Assembly (NCBI GenBank): GCA_050943415.1
Contig: JBMNPD010000001.1
Location: 4,317 to 68,316 of the forward strand
From: Candidatus Dojkabacteria bacterium
Lineage (GTDB): Bacteria > Patescibacteriota > Dojkabacteria > SC72
Direction of reading: 5' to 3'
Length of the DNA stretch: 64,000 nt
The notes beneath the pieces are model-generated. The model made no database searches, was not told where the DNA came from, and saw nothing but the letters and a program-made list of their open reading frames with translations. The position numbers and the translations under genes are program-made. Of the stretch, positions 10,055 to 19,571 are shown one piece after another. Every line of letters begins with the position of its first letter. Position 1 is the stretch's first letter.

Positions 10055-11221
10055 CTATTTCTTCTTAAATGAATTATATAACGGAGACATTGCTCTCAAC
10101 TTACTAACAATCTTAGGTAGTACGTCTAACAAATACTCAACCTCCTCAACAGTATTATCTTCTGAGAAAGATAACCTCAAAGAACCATGTGCGTCTTCAG
10201 GTTTAACTCCGATAGCAAGAAGTACATGAGAAGGTTCTAAAGAAGCTGAAGTACAAGCAGAACCTGATGAAGCGCAAATACCTGCATGATTTAGATGCAG
10301 CAGAATAGATTCCCCCTCTATATATTTAAAACAAACATTAACATTAGCAGGCAACCTGTTTACCAAATCACCATTAACAAAACAGTCAGAAATCTTAGAC
10401 AAAATTCCCTCTATAGCCATATCTCTTAATTTCTTAACATACTCATTATTCTTTTTCATGTTCTTTACTGAATTCTGAACTGCCAAACCTAAACCAACAA
10501 TACCAGGTGTATTCTCAGTACTTGCTCTTCTACCCATCTCCTGTGCACCACCATGCAAAAGAGAATCTATCTTTACACCTTTCTTAATATACAAAGCACC
10601 TACACCCTTAGGTCCGCCCAGCTTATGCCCAGAAATAGTTAGCAAATCTACACCTAGCTTCTTCACATCTATATCTACATGCCCTACAGCCTGAACAGCA
10701 TCTGTATGGAAATATATACCATTCTTCTTAGCTAAATCAGCAATCTGAGCAATTGGTTGTATAGTACCAATCTCATTATTTGCAAACATAACTGATATGA
10801 GGATAGTATCCTTTTGTAAAAGCTTCTCTACATCCTTAACATTCACAATTCCACTCCTGTCTACAGGTATGTATGAAATATCAAAGCCATTTTTCTGTAG
10901 GTACTTACAAGGCTCTAAAATGGCATGATGTTCTATAGCTGACACTATAATGTGTTTTCCTTTCTTTTTGTTTGCACTAGCAATTCCTTTGATAGCCCAG
11001 TTATCACTCTCAGTGCCAGAAGAGGTAAAGTATATCTCTGATGGGTCGGCATTAATAGCCTTAGCAACCATTTCTCTGGAGGACTCAATAGCTCTTTTAG
11101 CATTTCTACCAAGATCATATATGGCAGAAGCATTACCGTACTCCTCAATAAAATATGGAATTATCTTCTTCAAAATATCATCAGGCACTCTTCTAGTTGC
11201 AGCATTATCAAAGTAAATCAT
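10055..11221 (-). CDS. nifS: Cysteine desulfurase (NifS/IscS family).
   Basis: PLP-lysine region 'ISGHKLGGPKGVGALY' and active-site 'SSGSACTS'. Confidence 0.9.
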   Translation of the reverse strand: MIYFDNAATRRVPDDILKKIIPYFIEEYGNASAIYDLGRNAKRAIESSREMVAKAINADPSEIYFTSSGTESDNWAIKGIASANKKKGKHIIVSAIEHHAILEPCKYLQKNGFDISYIPVDRSGIVNVKDVEKLLQKDTILISVMFANNEIGTIQPIAQIADLAKKNGIYFHTDAVQAVGHVDIDVKKLGVDLLTISGHKLGGPKGVGALYIKKGVKIDSLLHGGAQEMGRRASTENTPGIVGLGLAVQNSVKNMKKNNEYVKKLRDMAIEGILSKISDCFVNGDLVNRLPANVNVCFKYIEGESILLHLNHAGICASSGSACTSASLEPSHVLLAIGVKPEDAHGSLRLSFSEDNTVEEVEYLLDVLPKIVSKLRAMSPLYNSFKKK

Positions 11222-11423
11222 ACTTCATTATACACCAGTACTCCACCTTTAAGGTAGTAGGTAACACCCTGCACAAAAGGCAAACTTCATACTTTTTAAC
11301 AAATATTTAAGATACTAGAGGGTAATTCTCTAAATAAAACATTGTCAATATTATGTTTCTTTAAAAATAGCTTGTAATATATCTTTGTGGATATCTTAGA
11401 AGGAAGCTAAAAGAATGCTTGGA

Positions 11424-12452
11424 TTACAATATGATATTTACTTCAGATATCAATTCTACTCCATACTCTTTCAGTACAGAATCTTTCATCTTCTGAATAT
11501 ATTCATATATTTCTTTGCCAGAAGCCTTTTTATTTGTTACAACACATAGAGCATGTCTATCAAAAGTACCAACATTACCTATCCACTTCCCTTTCCACCC
11601 TAGTTCATCTAACAATCTTCCAGCAGGAATTCTAACTTTTTCTTTTTCCTCTACAGGATATGATTGTAATTCTGATATCCTTTTAGACAACTCGTTGTAT
11701 TTCTCTACAGAAACAATTGGATTTTCAAAGAAACTACCACAAGTTCCATACTCTTTTACAGAAGGTAATCGTTTCTTTCGTTGCATAATTATTGCTTTCA
11801 TAACTTCTTGTATGCTGTACGGTTCTTTTGCAAAGGAATCCAACTCTTCTTTTAATGAACCGTATCTCCCTGCTCTTTCAGTATATGAAAGTTCAAATTT
11901 CTTTGTATTCTTCTTTAGTTTAAAAATTGCTGAAACAACAATATATTTGTTTTTCCACTCATGTTTAAAATTACTACCTCTGTATCTATATCCACATTTT
12001 TTTGGATTGAATTTTGTTAATTTTTCTTTTGATATATCTATAGCTTCTATAGAATATAATGTATCTATTACAGTTTGACCGTATGCACCTATGTTTTGTG
12101 TTACTGCACTTCCTACACTTCCGGGGATCATAGCCATGTTTTCTACTCCGGCGTAATTTCTCTCTACACACCACTTAACAAAATCATCCCATATTTCTCC
12201 AGAATGTACTTTAACATATACGTTCTCTGAATCTTCTTTAACAACTTCTATTCCCTTGTAATTTGGTTTAATGATTAGACCATCGTAATTGTTTACAAAG
12301 AGGGTATTACTTCCTTCTCCTAGTATAAGAATCTTCTCATCTTTGTATTTTTGTAATATGGAAATTGTTTCTTCTACAGTATTAACTATTTCAAAAAGTT
12401 TTGATTTTGTATCGGTATGAAATGTGTTGTACTTTTTTAATGAATATTTCAT
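11424..12452 (-). CDS. murB: UDP-N-acetylenolpyruvoylglucosamine reductase MurB.
   Basis: FAD-binding 'ILGEGSNTLF' and 'MAMIPGSVGSAVTQNIGAYGQ' signature. Confidence 0.85.
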   Translation of the reverse strand: MKYSLKKYNTFHTDTKSKLFEIVNTVEETISILQKYKDEKILILGEGSNTLFVNNYDGLIIKPNYKGIEVVKEDSENVYVKVHSGEIWDDFVKWCVERNYAGVENMAMIPGSVGSAVTQNIGAYGQTVIDTLYSIEAIDISKEKLTKFNPKKCGYRYRGSNFKHEWKNKYIVVSAIFKLKKNTKKFELSYTERAGRYGSLKEELDSFAKEPYSIQEVMKAIIMQRKKRLPSVKEYGTCGSFFENPIVSVEKYNELSKRISELQSYPVEEKEKVRIPAGRLLDELGWKGKWIGNVGTFDRHALCVVTNKKASGKEIYEYIQKMKDSVLKEYGVELISEVNIIL

Positions 12453-12467
12453 TAATAGAATATATCA

Positions 12468-12519
12468 TAAAAAAGAAAAGAGATGGACTGCCTGACTGCT
12501 AAGTATGACAGTCCATCTC
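12468..12519 (-). terminator. Rho-independent terminator-like hairpin on the minus strand, 16 nt upstream of the murB start. It could alternatively be an attenuator.
   Basis: 11-bp perfect stem (gagatggactg / cagtccatctc) with an 18-nt loop, followed on the minus strand by ttttctttttt. Confidence 0.55.
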
Positions 12520-12764
12520 GGACTTGAAAGGTGTCTTTTCTTTTTGCCCGTTTAAATAAACAACATTTGCTATTTATTTAATTGTTGTTTCTGTCTTAGA
12601 TACATAATCTCCTTTCTTTAAAAAAGATACTGGTGGTTATAAACCAGTAGAGAAAAATGGATCACTCTCCTTCCCATTCGGTAAGCGACAGACAAGACAG
12701 AAACTTTTGATACTATCAACGAGCGCTCTTGTTCAGCAAGAGTTCTAAACACTTTTCAAGTGTG
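12468..12764 (-). ncRNA. Candidate non-coding transcript 2 (~300 nt). It runs from a minus-strand -10 box (tataat at 12776-12771) to the terminator at 12468-12519. It contains several hairpins and an 11-codon RBS-preceded micro-ORF (MYLRQKQQLNK).
   Basis: Promoter-like 'catcatataatg', hairpins (ctcttg...caagag; ctggt...accag) and no ORF longer than 60 aa. I could not assign a family: no RNase P, tmRNA or SRP motifs were found. Confidence 0.3.
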
Positions 12765-12907
12765 GATTGCATTATATGATGAAAGTTTGTATTTGTAAAG
12801 CTTTTTGAAAATGTGGATATGGTTTTGTTAATAGTGTTGACTATTTTGAATAGTTTTGATTCTGTTTTATTACGGAAATTGTTGTGATGATTAATAAAAA
12901 TATATCA

Positions 12908-13250
12908 CAAAAAGAAAGAAGGCGTAAGTGGTTATGTTTTGTTGAACTCAACAGAACAACTTACGCCAGTTGTGACTTGAAGAATGATTGTTCGCCCTTA
13001 AAAAAAGGTTTTTTTCTACTTAGGTTTTGACTTCTCTTTGCTGGGTAATATGTATCCCCATAATAAAGCGTCAAATTTTTCGTCCTAATAAAAAAACCTT
13101 TCTGATTAAAAGAGGCATCTTTATAGAGCCTCTGTGAACGAAGATTTTTTCGTCCCAAATTGGGTTCTGCGTTCACTTTCAGTTGTAAAGGGCTATTTCT
13201 CCTATCCTTCCTCTAGGATAGAAACAGTTTGTAACATTCCTCAAAGTTAC
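12908..13250 (-). ncRNA. Candidate non-coding transcript 1 (~340 nt). It runs from a minus-strand promoter (-35 tgtaca at 13285-13280, -10 tataat at 13262-13257) to a terminator (stem 12921-12929/12958-12966 plus a T-tract).
   Basis: Promoter-like hexamers. Multiple internal hairpins (gaggc..gcctc; tgaacg..cgttca). Terminal hairpin ggcgtaagt/acttacgcc followed on the minus strand by ttctttcttttt. Family unassigned. Confidence 0.3.
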
Positions 13251-13289
13251 AATTACATTATATAACAAAAGTTTCTTTTTGTACAGCCC

Positions 13290-13344
13290 TTTGAAAAATA
13301 CTAAAGGGTATATTTGTGTGAATAGAAATCTAAATATACCCTTT
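13290..13344 (-). terminator. Strong rho-independent terminator on the minus strand, downstream of the small ORF 13472-13636.
   Basis: 13-bp perfect stem (aaagggtatattt / aaatatacccttt) with a 16-nt loop, followed on the minus strand by agtattttt. Confidence 0.65.
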
Positions 13345-13471
13345 CTTAGGAATTAAGAACTAATGTCCTCTCTTCCCGTTTGTTTTACTTGTTGGCTTTT
13401 GTTTCTTTTTTTCCTTTATTTTTTTTGTTTGTCTTGTAGTTGCATTGTTGCGACTACTGTTTTTTGAAACA

Positions 13472-13636
13472 TTAGCCATTTGTTATTCTTTGAGGTGTTT
13501 CTGTTTTTTGTTGATTTGCAACAAAAACCTCTGAGTTTTGTTTTTTAGAAGGGTTTCTATGTTGCCACCCTTCATGATTTCTCTTCTTCTCCACTGCTTG
13601 CCCTTTTGGGGTATCTCTGTTAGGAACTTTACCCAT
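13472..13636 (-). CDS. Small basic protein (54 aa; MGKVPNRDTPKGQAVEKKRNHEGWQHRNPSKKQNSEVFVANQQKTETPQRITNG), unknown function. It falls below the ORF-track length cutoff.
   Basis: Perfect SD 'aaaaaaggagga' sits 5 nt upstream of the ATG. Upstream promoter TTGTTC-17-TGaTATAAT. The strong terminator listed above lies downstream. Confidence 0.5.
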   Translation of the reverse strand: MGKVPNRDTPKGQAVEKKRNHEGWQHRNPSKKQNSEVFVANQQKTETPQRITNG

Positions 13637-13832
13637 TTTTCCTCCTTTTTTATTATGGTTTTTGAAGAGGTTGAGATTATATCAGAATATTATTATTAGA
13701 ACAACGAAATACATAATGTTAGCAATACATGTGTAAAATATTGAAAATATTACAATTTTTTTGTTACTGATTCTGTAAGAACAAGAACTTTATTCTCTGA
13801 TTAAGTATGTTATTTAAATTTTGTATTCTTCT

Positions 13833-14534
13833 CTATTCTTCGTTTGTTAAACAATTAACAATGGAATCAATATGTGCTTGTGTTGTATCAAATATAGGAA
13901 TATCTATATCATTCTGTTTAATTAACATCTCTATTTCAGTACAACCCAATATAATTCCTTCGATTTTTGCTTCTTTAATCATTTCATTAATTACTTTAAT
14001 GTAATATTCCTTTGATTCTTCTTTGATTATTCCTTTACATAACTCATTAAAAATTATTCTATCTATTTCATCAATAGTAGTTGATTCTTTAGAAATTGAA
14101 ACATTAAGACCATTATCTGCTAATCTATCTTTTAGAAAATCTTCCACCATTGTATATTTGGTTCCGATTAATCCTACATTTAATATTTCTTTCTCTTTAC
14201 ATTTTTTAGCTACTGAATCAGCTATATGAATGAGTGGTATATTAATTTTACTTTGTATGAAGTCTGCTAATTTATGCATAGTATTGGTAGCAATTACAAT
14301 ATAGTCAGCACCTGCTTGTTCAAGAAGTATAGCTATATTAGCAAGTTCAGTACCTATTTCTTCCCATTTCTCTTCTAACATTAACTTCCTGATGTCTTCA
14401 AAATTGACATTGTAAATAATTAATTTTGCTGAATTTAAACCACCTAAAATTTCATTTACTTGTTTATTTATTCTTTCATAATAATGAACAGATGATTCAT
14501 AACTCATACCACCTATAATACCTATTGTTTTCAT
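13833..14534 (-). CDS. Aspartate racemase (Asp/Glu/hydantoin racemase family).
   Basis: 'IGIIGGMSYESS' and 'ILGCTEI' catalytic cysteine regions. Confidence 0.8.
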   Translation of the reverse strand: MKTIGIIGGMSYESSVHYYERINKQVNEILGGLNSAKLIIYNVNFEDIRKLMLEEKWEEIGTELANIAILLEQAGADYIVIATNTMHKLADFIQSKINIPLIHIADSVAKKCKEKEILNVGLIGTKYTMVEDFLKDRLADNGLNVSISKESTTIDEIDRIIFNELCKGIIKEESKEYYIKVINEMIKEAKIEGIILGCTEIEMLIKQNDIDIPIFDTTQAHIDSIVNCLTNEE

Positions 14535-14617
14535 AGATAAGACCTCCTTTCAGGTATTTAATATTATTTTTAATTGTAACATAAAAAGATTAAATATTAC
14601 TTTAATCTCTTATCTGA

Positions 14618-15124
14618 CTATTTTATTTTTTTGTTAAAAACATTTTTTTCTTTTGTCAAATCCTTGAAATAACCAACATCTTTTTCATAACCAAGACTTT
14701 CGTAAAGTTTTTGTGCAACAACATTAGATCTCTCAGCCTGTAAACAACAACTATCTGCACCCATTTCTCGACCAAAATCTTCTATATATTGAATTAACTT
14801 TTTACCAAGTCCCTGATGACGATATTTCTTTTCTATTCTTACCCACCAAATTGTAATGTAAGGTTTTTGATCAAAGAAAAGATTGGGATGTAAAAAAACT
14901 TCAGCATAACCCATTGTCTCTTTTGCATGACGCATAACAAAAAAATACCAGAACTCATTATCTTTATATCTTTCAAAATTATTATACATTCCTTTAATGT
15001 TTGTTGACTCTTGAGGACTTTCAACATAATACTGTCTACATAATTCTGGTAAAAATTTAAGATCTTGTTCTTTCATTTTCCCAATTTCAAAATCACCAAA
15101 TTTTTGTGTTTTTATCTTTACCAT
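14618..15124 (-). CDS. GNAT family N-acetyltransferase.
   Basis: Motif A 'RHQGLGKKLI' and overall GNAT size. Confidence 0.75.
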   Translation of the reverse strand: MVKIKTQKFGDFEIGKMKEQDLKFLPELCRQYYVESPQESTNIKGMYNNFERYKDNEFWYFFVMRHAKETMGYAEVFLHPNLFFDQKPYITIWWVRIEKKYRHQGLGKKLIQYIEDFGREMGADSCCLQAERSNVVAQKLYESLGYEKDVGYFKDLTKEKNVFNKKIK

Positions 15125-15170
15125 AGGTTTAATTTTATTACAAAAAAATTAAATTTAGTTTTTCTATTTA

Positions 15171-17813
15171 TTACTTATTTTTTATAGTAGCCTGTGCTGC
15201 AGCAAGTCTAGCAATAGGTACTCTGTAAGGAGAACAACTAACTAAATCTAACCCTATCATATGACAGAACTCTATAGACTTAGGATCTCCTCCATGTTCT
15301 CCACAAATCCCCATCTCTATATTCTTCCTAGTAGAATGTGCTCTCTTTGAAGCCTCTTTCATTAATTCTCCTACCCCTATCCTATCAATAGTTTGAAATG
15401 GATCATCTTCAAGAACACCTTGCTCTAAGTGTTTTGTTATGAATTTACCAGCATCATCTCTAGAGTAACCAAAAGTAGTTTGAGTTAAATCATTTGTTCC
15501 AAAAGAGAAGAATTCTGCATACTTTGCTAATTGATCAGCTACTATACATGCTCTTGGAAGTTCTAACATAGCTCCAACTTTGTAATTAATCTTTACATTA
15601 CCTTTCTTCATACATTCCTCTGCCGTATGAACGATAACCTCTCTTAAAAACTCCATCTCATTAGGATGATTTACAAACGGTACCTCTATCTCAGGTAAAA
15701 CCTTCTTACCACTCTTAGTTACCTTAATGGCTGCATTTATGATAGCTCTAACTTGCATCTCTGAAATCTCTGGATATATCATTGCGAGTCTACAACCTCT
15801 AAACCCTATCATAGGATTAAATTCAGCTAATGATTCCCTCTTTTTGTAAAGATCCTCATAACTTACGTCCATCTCTACAGATATTTCTCTTAATTCATGC
15901 TCATCATGAGGTATGAACTCATGTAGAGGAGGATCTAATAATCTAACTGTAACAGGTAGTCCATCCATTTCTTTAAATATTCTTTCAAAATCTCCCTGTT
16001 GCATCTTCTCAATCTTAGCTAAAGCTTTAATCCTCTGTTCTTTGGTATCAGCCAATATCATTTGTCTAACTGCAGAAATTCTATCTTCTTTAAAGAACAT
16101 ATGCTCTGTTCTAACCAACCCTATACCCTCAGCTCCGAATTCTCTAGCAGTTTTAGCATCTTTAGCAGTATCTGCATTTGTTCGTATCTTTAACTTTCTA
16201 AATGAATCTGCCCACTTCATTAATTTAGCAAAGTCTCCAGATATTGATGGCTCTACTGTCTTAATTTCTCCAAGATATACTGAACCAGTACCACCATCTA
16301 ATGTGATCCAATCACCCTCTTTTAGAATCTCTCCATTTGGTAATCTGACTATCTTAACCTTTTCATTAATCTCAACATCACTACAACCTGCAACACAACA
16401 TCTACCCATACCTCTTGCTACAACTGCTGCATGACTAGTCATTCCACCTCTACCTGTTAGTATTCCATTAGCTACATTCATTCCCTCAATATCTTCAGGA
16501 GATGTTTCTAATCTAACTAGTATCACTCTTTTTCCATTCTTACTCCACTCAGTTGCTTCCTCTGCTGTAAATACAATCTGTCCACTACCTGCTCCAGGAG
16601 AAGCTGGTAAACCTTTAGCAACTTCTTCTTTCTCTGCATGAGGATCTATCATTGGGTGAAGTAGTTGATCTAATGAGAGTGGATCTACTCTTAAAACTGC
16701 ATCTTCTTTTGTAATCATCTTTTCATTAACCATATCAACAGCAATCTTTACTGCAGATGCAGCAGTTCTCTTTCCTGTTCTAGATTGAAGAATATATAGT
16801 TTGCTATTCTCAATGGTAAACTCAATATCCATCATATCTTTGTAATGATTTTCTAATGTATCAAAAATGTCTGTTAATTCTTTGTATGTATCTGGTAGAT
16901 TCTTCTTCATTTCTTCCAAATGCAAAGGAGTCCTTATACCAGCAACAACATCTTCACCTTGTGCTTTCATTAAATATTCACCATAGTATTTCTTCTCTCC
17001 AGTAGATGGATTCCTTGTAAATGCTACACCTGTTCCTGAATCATCTCCCAAATTGCCAAATACCATAGATTGTATGTTTACAGCTGTTCCAGTAACTTCT
17101 GGTGCTATCTTATTTATCCTTCTGTAAGATATTGCTCTTGGATTATTCCATGATCTAAATACAGCATCTATTCCTCCTTTTAGTTGTTCTATTGGATCTG
17201 ATGGAAAATCTTTTTTAATTTCCTTTTTGTAAAGTGATTTGTATCCTGTTACTACTTTCTTAAGATCTTCTACAGTTAGATCTACATCATTTTGAATATT
17301 TTTGCTCTTTTTAACTTTCTCTAACTCTTCTTCAAATTTAGAATGTTCTATTCCCATGACAACGTTTCCATACATCTGTATGAATCTTCTGTATGAATCC
17401 CATGCGAATCTTTCATCACCTGTTTTTTCAATTAGTCCATTTAATGTATCTTCATTTAGACCAAGATTTAAAACAGTATCCATCATTCCTGGCATTGATA
17501 CAGCAGCTCCTGATCTTACAGATACTAGTAGTGGATTCTTTCTGTCACCAAATCTTTTTCCTGTTTTATTCTCTAGTTCTTTTAGATTCTTCTTAATTTC
17601 ATCCATTAAACCACTTGGATATTTTTGATTGTTTTCGTAGAAGTGGTTACATGCATCTATTGATATTACAAAACCAGGGGGTACAGGTATTCCAATTTTT
17701 GTCATTTCTGCAAGTGCTGCTCCTTTTCCACCTAGTACAAATTTAATGTTTTTTGTTTTGGGAAGTTCTGTTTTTTCTTTAGAGAAGAAATATATGTGTT
17801 TTTTAGACATCAA
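15171..17813 (-). CDS. ppdK: Pyruvate, phosphate dikinase.
   Basis: 880 aa. Phospho-His motif 'GGMTSHAAVVARGMG'. PEP-utilising C-terminal 'GICGE'. N-terminal ATP-grasp region. Confidence 0.92.
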   Translation of the reverse strand: MMSKKHIYFFSKEKTELPKTKNIKFVLGGKGAALAEMTKIGIPVPPGFVISIDACNHFYENNQKYPSGLMDEIKKNLKELENKTGKRFGDRKNPLLVSVRSGAAVSMPGMMDTVLNLGLNEDTLNGLIEKTGDERFAWDSYRRFIQMYGNVVMGIEHSKFEEELEKVKKSKNIQNDVDLTVEDLKKVVTGYKSLYKKEIKKDFPSDPIEQLKGGIDAVFRSWNNPRAISYRRINKIAPEVTGTAVNIQSMVFGNLGDDSGTGVAFTRNPSTGEKKYYGEYLMKAQGEDVVAGIRTPLHLEEMKKNLPDTYKELTDIFDTLENHYKDMMDIEFTIENSKLYILQSRTGKRTAASAVKIAVDMVNEKMITKEDAVLRVDPLSLDQLLHPMIDPHAEKEEVAKGLPASPGAGSGQIVFTAEEATEWSKNGKRVILVRLETSPEDIEGMNVANGILTGRGGMTSHAAVVARGMGRCCVAGCSDVEINEKVKIVRLPNGEILKEGDWITLDGGTGSVYLGEIKTVEPSISGDFAKLMKWADSFRKLKIRTNADTAKDAKTAREFGAEGIGLVRTEHMFFKEDRISAVRQMILADTKEQRIKALAKIEKMQQGDFERIFKEMDGLPVTVRLLDPPLHEFIPHDEHELREISVEMDVSYEDLYKKRESLAEFNPMIGFRGCRLAMIYPEISEMQVRAIINAAIKVTKSGKKVLPEIEVPFVNHPNEMEFLREVIVHTAEECMKKGNVKINYKVGAMLELPRACIVADQLAKYAEFFSFGTNDLTQTTFGYSRDDAGKFITKHLEQGVLEDDPFQTIDRIGVGELMKEASKRAHSTRKNIEMGICGEHGGDPKSIEFCHMIGLDLVSCSPYRVPIARLAAAQATIKNK

Positions 17814-17949
17814 GTGTGTAAATTAAAAATTAATGACAAGGAAAGTATATCAAAGTAATGGAAATGTTAGCAACAAAAAGATTGTCCCGAGGATTACAAC
17901 TTGAGTGGTATACTCAGATATATTTGTAATCCTCGGAGTGCTCATTATT

Positions 17950-18258
17950 TTAGAATTCCTGTTTCATCTCTTCTATGTAGTATTGTTCAATCTCTGCTTT
18001 TGGTAAAGCAAAAATATGTAACAGGTCTCCTACGAAGAATCTTCCGTATTGTTTACGTATTTGATTGAACAAACTGTAAATTTCTTCATTAAGAATGATT
18101 GCGATTGTAATCTCGCGAAAATAATATGTACCAACAATTATATAATCTTCCGGGTTATGTAATTGTTTCCGAACTTTGTCGAATGAATCTTGTATTGCTA
18201 AAGTCCGGTTATTTGGTATATATATTTTATCGCTATCGAGTATGTATATCTCTGCCAT
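17950..18258 (-). CDS. Hypothetical protein (102 aa).
   Basis: ORF with a downstream hairpin (13-bp stem at 17889-17935) plus a T-tract on the minus strand. Confidence 0.45.
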   Translation of the reverse strand: MAEIYILDSDKIYIPNNRTLAIQDSFDKVRKQLHNPEDYIIVGTYYFREITIAIILNEEIYSLFNQIRKQYGRFFVGDLLHIFALPKAEIEQYYIEEMKQEF

Positions 18259-18372
18259 ACTTCCTCCCTTTAATTTGGTAATGAGCGTTTTGATTATACT
18301 ATATGCTAGCTATATTTAGAACGAAATGATATATATTGAAGAATTATATATTCAAATGATAAATGCATAATG

Positions 18373-19566
18373 CTAATCTGTGTCCATCAAATCATACTGA
18401 ATCTTTAATCTTAAAACTCTTTTAACCTTCTCATCTATATTGATATTGCCTTTCTCTACCTCATCTAAAATATAGTTGTATACCTTTCGTTGGAGACCAT
18501 CTGCAGAGTTAACAAATTTACTGTATATTAACATATCTTCTCCTGCTAACAGTGCTTGTTTAGCTATCTCTTCTACTGATCCAAAACTACTTAAAGCACG
18601 CATCTGCATATCATCAGATATTACTACTCCTTTGTAATTCAAATGATTCCTTAATCTATTTGTTAAAATCTCATACGATATTGAAGATGGAAACTTATCT
18701 ATATTTTGAAAAAGAATATGTCCAATCATTATAGTGTCTACATTTGTTTTTTGAAGTAAAGAAGAGAAAGGTAGTATATATTCATCCCATTTAGCACTAG
18801 AAATATCTACAGATACCAGATTCTTGTGTGGATCTATATCATTTTCTCCATGTCCAGGAAAATGTTTAGGCACGGATATGATACCTGCCTCTTTGTATCC
18901 CTCTACTGTAGATATTGATTTAGAAATTACTTGATCTAGATCTCCTGAAAAAGTTCTAGAATAGATGAATGCATTTGGAGACGATACATACTCTACTACA
19001 GGTGCTAGATTCATATTGATACCTAAATTCTTTAATATTGTTCCTCTTTCCTTTGCTATATTGAAAGCATCTTCTGTTGAAATTTCTTTTTGTGAAATGG
19101 TTAACATCTTGTTCCATTTAATTCTTGGTACTACCCCACCCTCCTGATCTATTGCTACAAACATTTTAATTTTGTTAGTTGTTTGAAGTTCTACTATGAG
19201 GTTTTTAAGCTGATTTCCATCAGTTATATTTCTTTGAAAAAGTATTACTCCTGCAGGTTGAGTATCTAAAAGAAATTGTTTGTTTGATGGCTCTATTGTT
19301 TGATTACCTTCTACTCCAAATATGAATAGTTGACCTACTTTTTCCTTGTTTGTCATTTGTGATATGAGTTTCTCTTCAGGAGGAATTATTGGTTCTGGTT
19401 CTGGAGTTTGTATTGTTGTAGACGGTGTCTCTACTTCTTCCTCTATTTCTATCTCTTCTAATACAACTTCGTCTTTAAAAGAGAGAAAGTACGTTACTGG
19501 AATTGTTAGAATTATGACGGTGGAACAGATACCTATGATTATTTTCAATATTTTTATCATATTCAA
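18373..19566 (-). CDS. nagZ: Glycoside hydrolase family 3 beta-N-acetylhexosaminidase (NagZ-like), membrane-anchored.
   Basis: 'KHFPGHG' catalytic region, GH3 N-terminal domain and an N-terminal TM segment. Confidence 0.8.
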   Translation of the reverse strand: MNMIKILKIIIGICSTVIILTIPVTYFLSFKDEVVLEEIEIEEEVETPSTTIQTPEPEPIIPPEEKLISQMTNKEKVGQLFIFGVEGNQTIEPSNKQFLLDTQPAGVILFQRNITDGNQLKNLIVELQTTNKIKMFVAIDQEGGVVPRIKWNKMLTISQKEISTEDAFNIAKERGTILKNLGINMNLAPVVEYVSSPNAFIYSRTFSGDLDQVISKSISTVEGYKEAGIISVPKHFPGHGENDIDPHKNLVSVDISSAKWDEYILPFSSLLQKTNVDTIMIGHILFQNIDKFPSSISYEILTNRLRNHLNYKGVVISDDMQMRALSSFGSVEEIAKQALLAGEDMLIYSKFVNSADGLQRKVYNYILDEVEKGNINIDEKVKRVLRLKIQYDLMDTD

Positions 19567-19571
19567 TTATA

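Noticed and set aside
10945-11216. Overlapping small ORFs on both strands inside nifS. Similar cases sit inside murB (11515-12174), ppdK (15913-17628), nagZ, glxK, por/acd and others.
   Set aside because: They are embedded in strongly supported enzyme genes and lack start or RBS signals. They are chance ORFs in AT-rich DNA.
12961-13176. 71-aa minus-strand ORF in the intergenic region.
   Set aside because: GTG start with no SD. The translation is low-complexity and spans predicted hairpins of the candidate ncRNA. I prefer the non-coding interpretation.
12453-13832. Attempt to identify the intergenic RNAs as RNase P RNA, tmRNA, SRP/4.5S or 6S RNA.
   Set aside because: The conserved motifs are absent on both strands: no P4 'AGGAAAGUCCGG' or 'ACAGAAnCCGGCUUA', no tmRNA 'GGUUCGA' T-arm or Ala-rich tag frame, and no SRP 'GGAAGCAGCC'. 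I left them unassigned rather than force a name.
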